From positions 1,984,001 to 2,048,000 of the forward strand of contig OZ219866.1 in the NCBI GenBank assembly GCA_964291675.2: 64,000 nucleotides of DNA, written 5' to 3'. Made by a program: the position numbers and the translations under genes. This document shows positions 61,064 to 64,000 of the stretch, in pieces. The stretch's first letter is position 1. Each line of letters begins with the position of its first letter. The notes below the pieces were generated by a model. It was not told the DNA's origin, did not search any database, and was given only the letters and a program-made list of their open reading frames with translations. This DNA comes from Alphaproteobacteria bacterium. Lineage in GTDB: Bacteria > Pseudomonadota > Alphaproteobacteria > MPNO01.

Positions 61064-62773
61064 TCACCGGGTCACCGCCGCACGGTCGCCGATCCAGGTG
61101 ACGAGCAGCGCCATCGCCATGGCGATCAGCACGGTGATCACGCCGACCACGGCGGCGACTTCGAGCCGCCCGGACGTTGCGTAGGTGAACATCAGGAGCG
61201 GCAGGGTGAAGGTGTCGGGCGTCGACACCAGCACGGTCGCGCTGATGTCCTTGATCGCCGACATGAAGGACAGCACGAACACCGTCGCGACGACGGGGGC
61301 GACCAGCGGCGCGGTGATGCGCAGGATCGTCTCCAGCCGCCCGGCCCCGCTCATCAGCGAGGACTCTTCGAGCTCGCGCGAGACCTGGCCGATCGAGGCC
61401 TCGAACAGATGGGTGGCGAACGGCAGGCCCTGGACGATCAGCACCGTGACCAGGGCGACCGCCGTCCCGTAGAAGATCGTGAGCCCCGGCGCGTTGAGGA
61501 AGATCACCAGGAACGCCGTCCCGAGCAGCACGCCGGGGAGCGCCCAGGGCAGCCATATCGCGAGCGAGAGCGCGCCCTTTCCCGGAAACGCGTTGCGCGC
61601 GATGAACCAGGCGAGGCCGAGATAGATCGTCGTCCCGGCGATGGCGACCGCCGCCCCGGTCATCAGCGACTGGCCGACCGCACGCAGGAACTCGTCGCCC
61701 TCCAGCACCGTCGCCCAGTGCCCCAGGGTCCACGGATCCGGCAGGTGGAAGAAGCCGAAGAGCCGGCTGAACGAGCTCAGCAGCACCATCAGGAAGGGAA
61801 GCCCGATGGTCACCGCGATGGCCAGGAACAGGAAGGCCGAGACCGCGTAGGAGCGCGGCGTGCGCTGGCGCGGCTGAAGCTTGGCGCCCCGGCCGGTCAG
61901 CGTCGCGGCCATGCTCGCCCGTTGCAGCCAGACCCGGTAGACGAGCACCAGCACGAACATGATCACCAGAAAGAAGGAGCTGAGCGCCATCGACTGCGGC
62001 GCGTCCGGCGGTATCACCCGCAGCAGGTGATAGATGCGCGTGGAGTAGACCAGGATGTCGGCCGGCAGGCCGAGAAGCTGCTCGACCTCGAAGGCCTCGA
62101 GCGACCGGATGGTGCCGGCGATGAACGCCGTCAGCAGGGTCGGCGCGATCAGCGGGACCGTCACCCGGCGGAGGGTGGTCAGCGTCCCCGCGCCCGACAT
62201 CGTCGAGGCCTCCTCGAACGAGGCGTCGATCAGCCGCTGCGCCGGCTCGATCAGGATCACCATGATCGGGATGGTCGACAGCGTGATGTGCACCCAGGTA
62301 ATGCCGCCCAGCGAGTAGATGTCGAACAGCGCCCCGTCCACAAGGGGGAGCTTCTTGAGCCAGGCGTTGACCAGCCCGAAATTGGGGTCGAGCAGCAGAA
62401 TCCAGCCCAGCGTCGCCGGCAGGATCGGCAGGAAGAACCCGACCCAGAGCGAGAACATGATGGCGCGCTTGCCGAAGACGTCGTTGCGGGCGAGGTACCA
62501 GGCGATGAAGAAGGCGATCAGCATCGCCGCCGGAACGCGCAGGCTGAGCACGAACGAGGTGACGATCGAGTCGATCGTGTGCTTGCTCTCCAGGGCCCGC
62601 GTCCAGGGCGCCAGGGTCGGGTCGAACGCGTTGATCGGCTCGCCCTCGCTGAACCCGCCGAGGACGATCAGCAGCACCGGCAGGATGCAGATCGCGGCCA
62701 CCGCCGCCAGGCAGAGCCAGCCGAACAGGCGCAGCAGGCTCCCGGCGACGCCCGGCCTTGCGTTAAGTGTCAC
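61064..62773 (-). CDS. ABC permease with two fused TM domains (FbpB type)
   Basis: Two EAA loops (FEEASTMSGA, LEESSLMSGA). Confidence 0.92.
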   Translation of the reverse strand: MTLNARPGVAGSLLRLFGWLCLAAVAAICILPVLLIVLGGFSEGEPINAFDPTLAPWTRALESKHTIDSIVTSFVLSLRVPAAMLIAFFIAWYLARNDVFGKRAIMFSLWVGFFLPILPATLGWILLLDPNFGLVNAWLKKLPLVDGALFDIYSLGGITWVHITLSTIPIMVILIEPAQRLIDASFEEASTMSGAGTLTTLRRVTVPLIAPTLLTAFIAGTIRSLEAFEVEQLLGLPADILVYSTRIYHLLRVIPPDAPQSMALSSFFLVIMFVLVLVYRVWLQRASMAATLTGRGAKLQPRQRTPRSYAVSAFLFLAIAVTIGLPFLMVLLSSFSRLFGFFHLPDPWTLGHWATVLEGDEFLRAVGQSLMTGAAVAIAGTTIYLGLAWFIARNAFPGKGALSLAIWLPWALPGVLLGTAFLVIFLNAPGLTIFYGTAVALVTVLIVQGLPFATHLFEASIGQVSRELEESSLMSGAGRLETILRITAPLVAPVVATVFVLSFMSAIKDISATVLVSTPDTFTLPLLMFTYATSGRLEVAAVVGVITVLIAMAMALLVTWIGDRAAVTR

Positions 62774-63350
62774 CGCTCAGTTCCGCGCGCATCAGCACCG
62801 CGCAGTCGAGCTGGTGGCGCCCGGGAACCGGCCGGTCCGGCGAGGACGGCATGTCGCGGCTGGTGTCGGTCTTGCAGACCACGAGATGGGGACCCGGGGC
62901 GGCCATCGCCGTGCCCATCCGGTCGGCGAGCTCGTTGGGGCCGGCCGGGGTGTGCACATGGCCCGCGTCCCAGCCGTTGGCGAGCGCCAGCCCGGCGAGG
63001 TCCGCGCCGCAGCCGGTCGCGCTCGGCTCGGTACCGTCGCCGGTGCCCCAGACCTCGTTGTCGAGCACCACCACGACGAGGTTCTTGGGCCGCATCCGCC
63101 GGATTGTCGACAGCACCGCCGCGCCGGCGAAGAACGAGCCGTCCCCCTCGATGGCGAGCATCTTCCGGTCCGGCCGCGCCAGCGCCGCGCCAAGCGCAAT
63201 GGCCGTCGCATAGCCCATGTCCATGTTGTAGATGGTCGCCGGCGCGTCGGCCCTTGCGTAGAGCAGCCCGGAGTTGACGCCGGGACCGGTGAATGCGGCC
63301 GCGTCGCCGCGCGCCGCCGCGACGATGTCCATCGCCTCGATGCGGTTCAT
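62763..63350 (-). CDS. ThDP-dependent decarboxylase beta subunit (ComE / phosphonopyruvate decarboxylase-like)
   Basis: MG.A..IALG, EGDGS...LDN ThDP motif. Confidence 0.8.
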   Translation of the reverse strand: MNRIEAMDIVAAARGDAAAFTGPGVNSGLLYARADAPATIYNMDMGYATAIALGAALARPDRKMLAIEGDGSFFAGAAVLSTIRRMRPKNLVVVVLDNEVWGTGDGTEPSATGCGADLAGLALANGWDAGHVHTPAGPNELADRMGTAMAAPGPHLVVCKTDTSRDMPSSPDRPVPGRHQLDCAVLMRAELSGDT

Positions 63351-63865
63351 CGGGACGCTCCCCGCATCACATGAGGCGGGACCAGCAGCCCGAAACAGGT
63401 GCGCTGACCGCGCGCGGTCTGCACCGCCCGGAACATCCGTGCCTCCAGCCCGTCCCGGTCGGTCGCGATCTCGAAGGGTATGCCGAGCCCCCTGAAAATG
63501 CCGTCCGACAGGAGCCGCGTGGCGCCGTGATAGTCCATCGGCTCGCCGCCGCCCGCGGTGTGGCTGGCGACGATCGTCACGGGAGTCCGCTGGACCTGGG
63601 CGCGGGCGAGGATCAGACCGCTGTATCCGAGGCCCGACGCCTCCATCATGCACACCGGGTTGCGCCCGCCGAGATCGAGACCGACGGCGATGGCGATGCC
63701 CTCGTCCTCGCGCGCGCACGGCACCATCAGAATTTCGCCGCTCGCGCGGAAGGCCCGGATGGTCGGCGACAGCACGCTGTCGGGCAGGTAGACGCAGGCA
63801 TCCACGCCGGCGCGGCGGGCGCCCCGCAACAGGGCCTCCGCCGCGCCGTCCACAGCCTCCGTCAC
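63347..63865 (-). CDS. ThDP-dependent decarboxylase alpha subunit (ComD-like)
   Basis: LPDS, REDEGIAIAVG, SGLG; overlaps the beta subunit start. Confidence 0.78.
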   Translation of the reverse strand: MTEAVDGAAEALLRGARRAGVDACVYLPDSVLSPTIRAFRASGEILMVPCAREDEGIAIAVGLDLGGRNPVCMMEASGLGYSGLILARAQVQRTPVTIVASHTAGGGEPMDYHGATRLLSDGIFRGLGIPFEIATDRDGLEARMFRAVQTARGQRTCFGLLVPPHVMRGASR

Positions 63866-63887
63866 ACGCCTTGCCCCGGGCGGTCGC

Positions 63888-64000
63888 TCAGCGCTTGCCG
63901 AGGGCGTCGGTGATCGCCTTCACCACCACCTTCCGGCGCAGGTAACGCTCCTCGCTGTATGCCTCGAAATACTTCACGCCCGGCCGCGGGACCAGGTAGC
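63888..64000 (-). CDS. C-terminus of a truncated upstream CDS (possibly the ABC substrate-binding protein)
   Basis: Open frame YLVPRPGVKYFEAYSEERYLRRKVVVKAITDALGKR* with GC3-rich codons; function inferred only from context. Confidence 0.45.
   Translation of the reverse strand, partial: YLVPRPGVKYFEAYSEERYLRRKVVVKAITDALGKR

Overview
High-GC bacterial window, probably alphaproteobacterial (inferred from gene content only), with about 57 real CDS and two tRNAs; most long overlapping ORFs in the track are GC-rich shadow frames. (1) 1-19.3 kb: aromatic/heteroaromatic catabolic genes (three xanthine-dehydrogenase-family Mo subunits, gamma-resorcylate decarboxylase, flavin monooxygenase, CnbZ-like deaminase, CoA ligase) around the core genes glmU-glmS, tRNA-Val(CAC) and tRNA-Arg(CCT). 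(2) 19.3-30.5 kb, the most interesting part: a nitrogen-themed block with type III glutamine synthetase, an RsbW-like kinase, a protein fusing an amino-acid ABC permease to a periplasmic sensor-HAMP-PP2C phosphatase, an SBP-permease fusion, a SAM methyltransferase, a second SBP, an Amt and a STAS protein. The block has no ABC ATPase, no GlnK and no sigma factor, and both permeases lack a recognisable EAA coupling motif, suggesting an ABC transporter repurposed as a receptor for a partner-switching circuit. (3) 30.5-64 kb: a large catabolic region with two paralogous car-like modules (Rieske oxygenase, LigAB/CarB-like dioxygenase, C-C hydrolase), each next to M20-fold proteins with degenerate metal sites. 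It also holds an amidohydrolase with an extra CxxC domain, two ABC importers, an LLM monooxygenase, ComDE-like ThDP decarboxylase subunits and a frameshifted PIN/HTH toxin-antitoxin pair. Family assignments are from motif recognition by eye; no searches were run.
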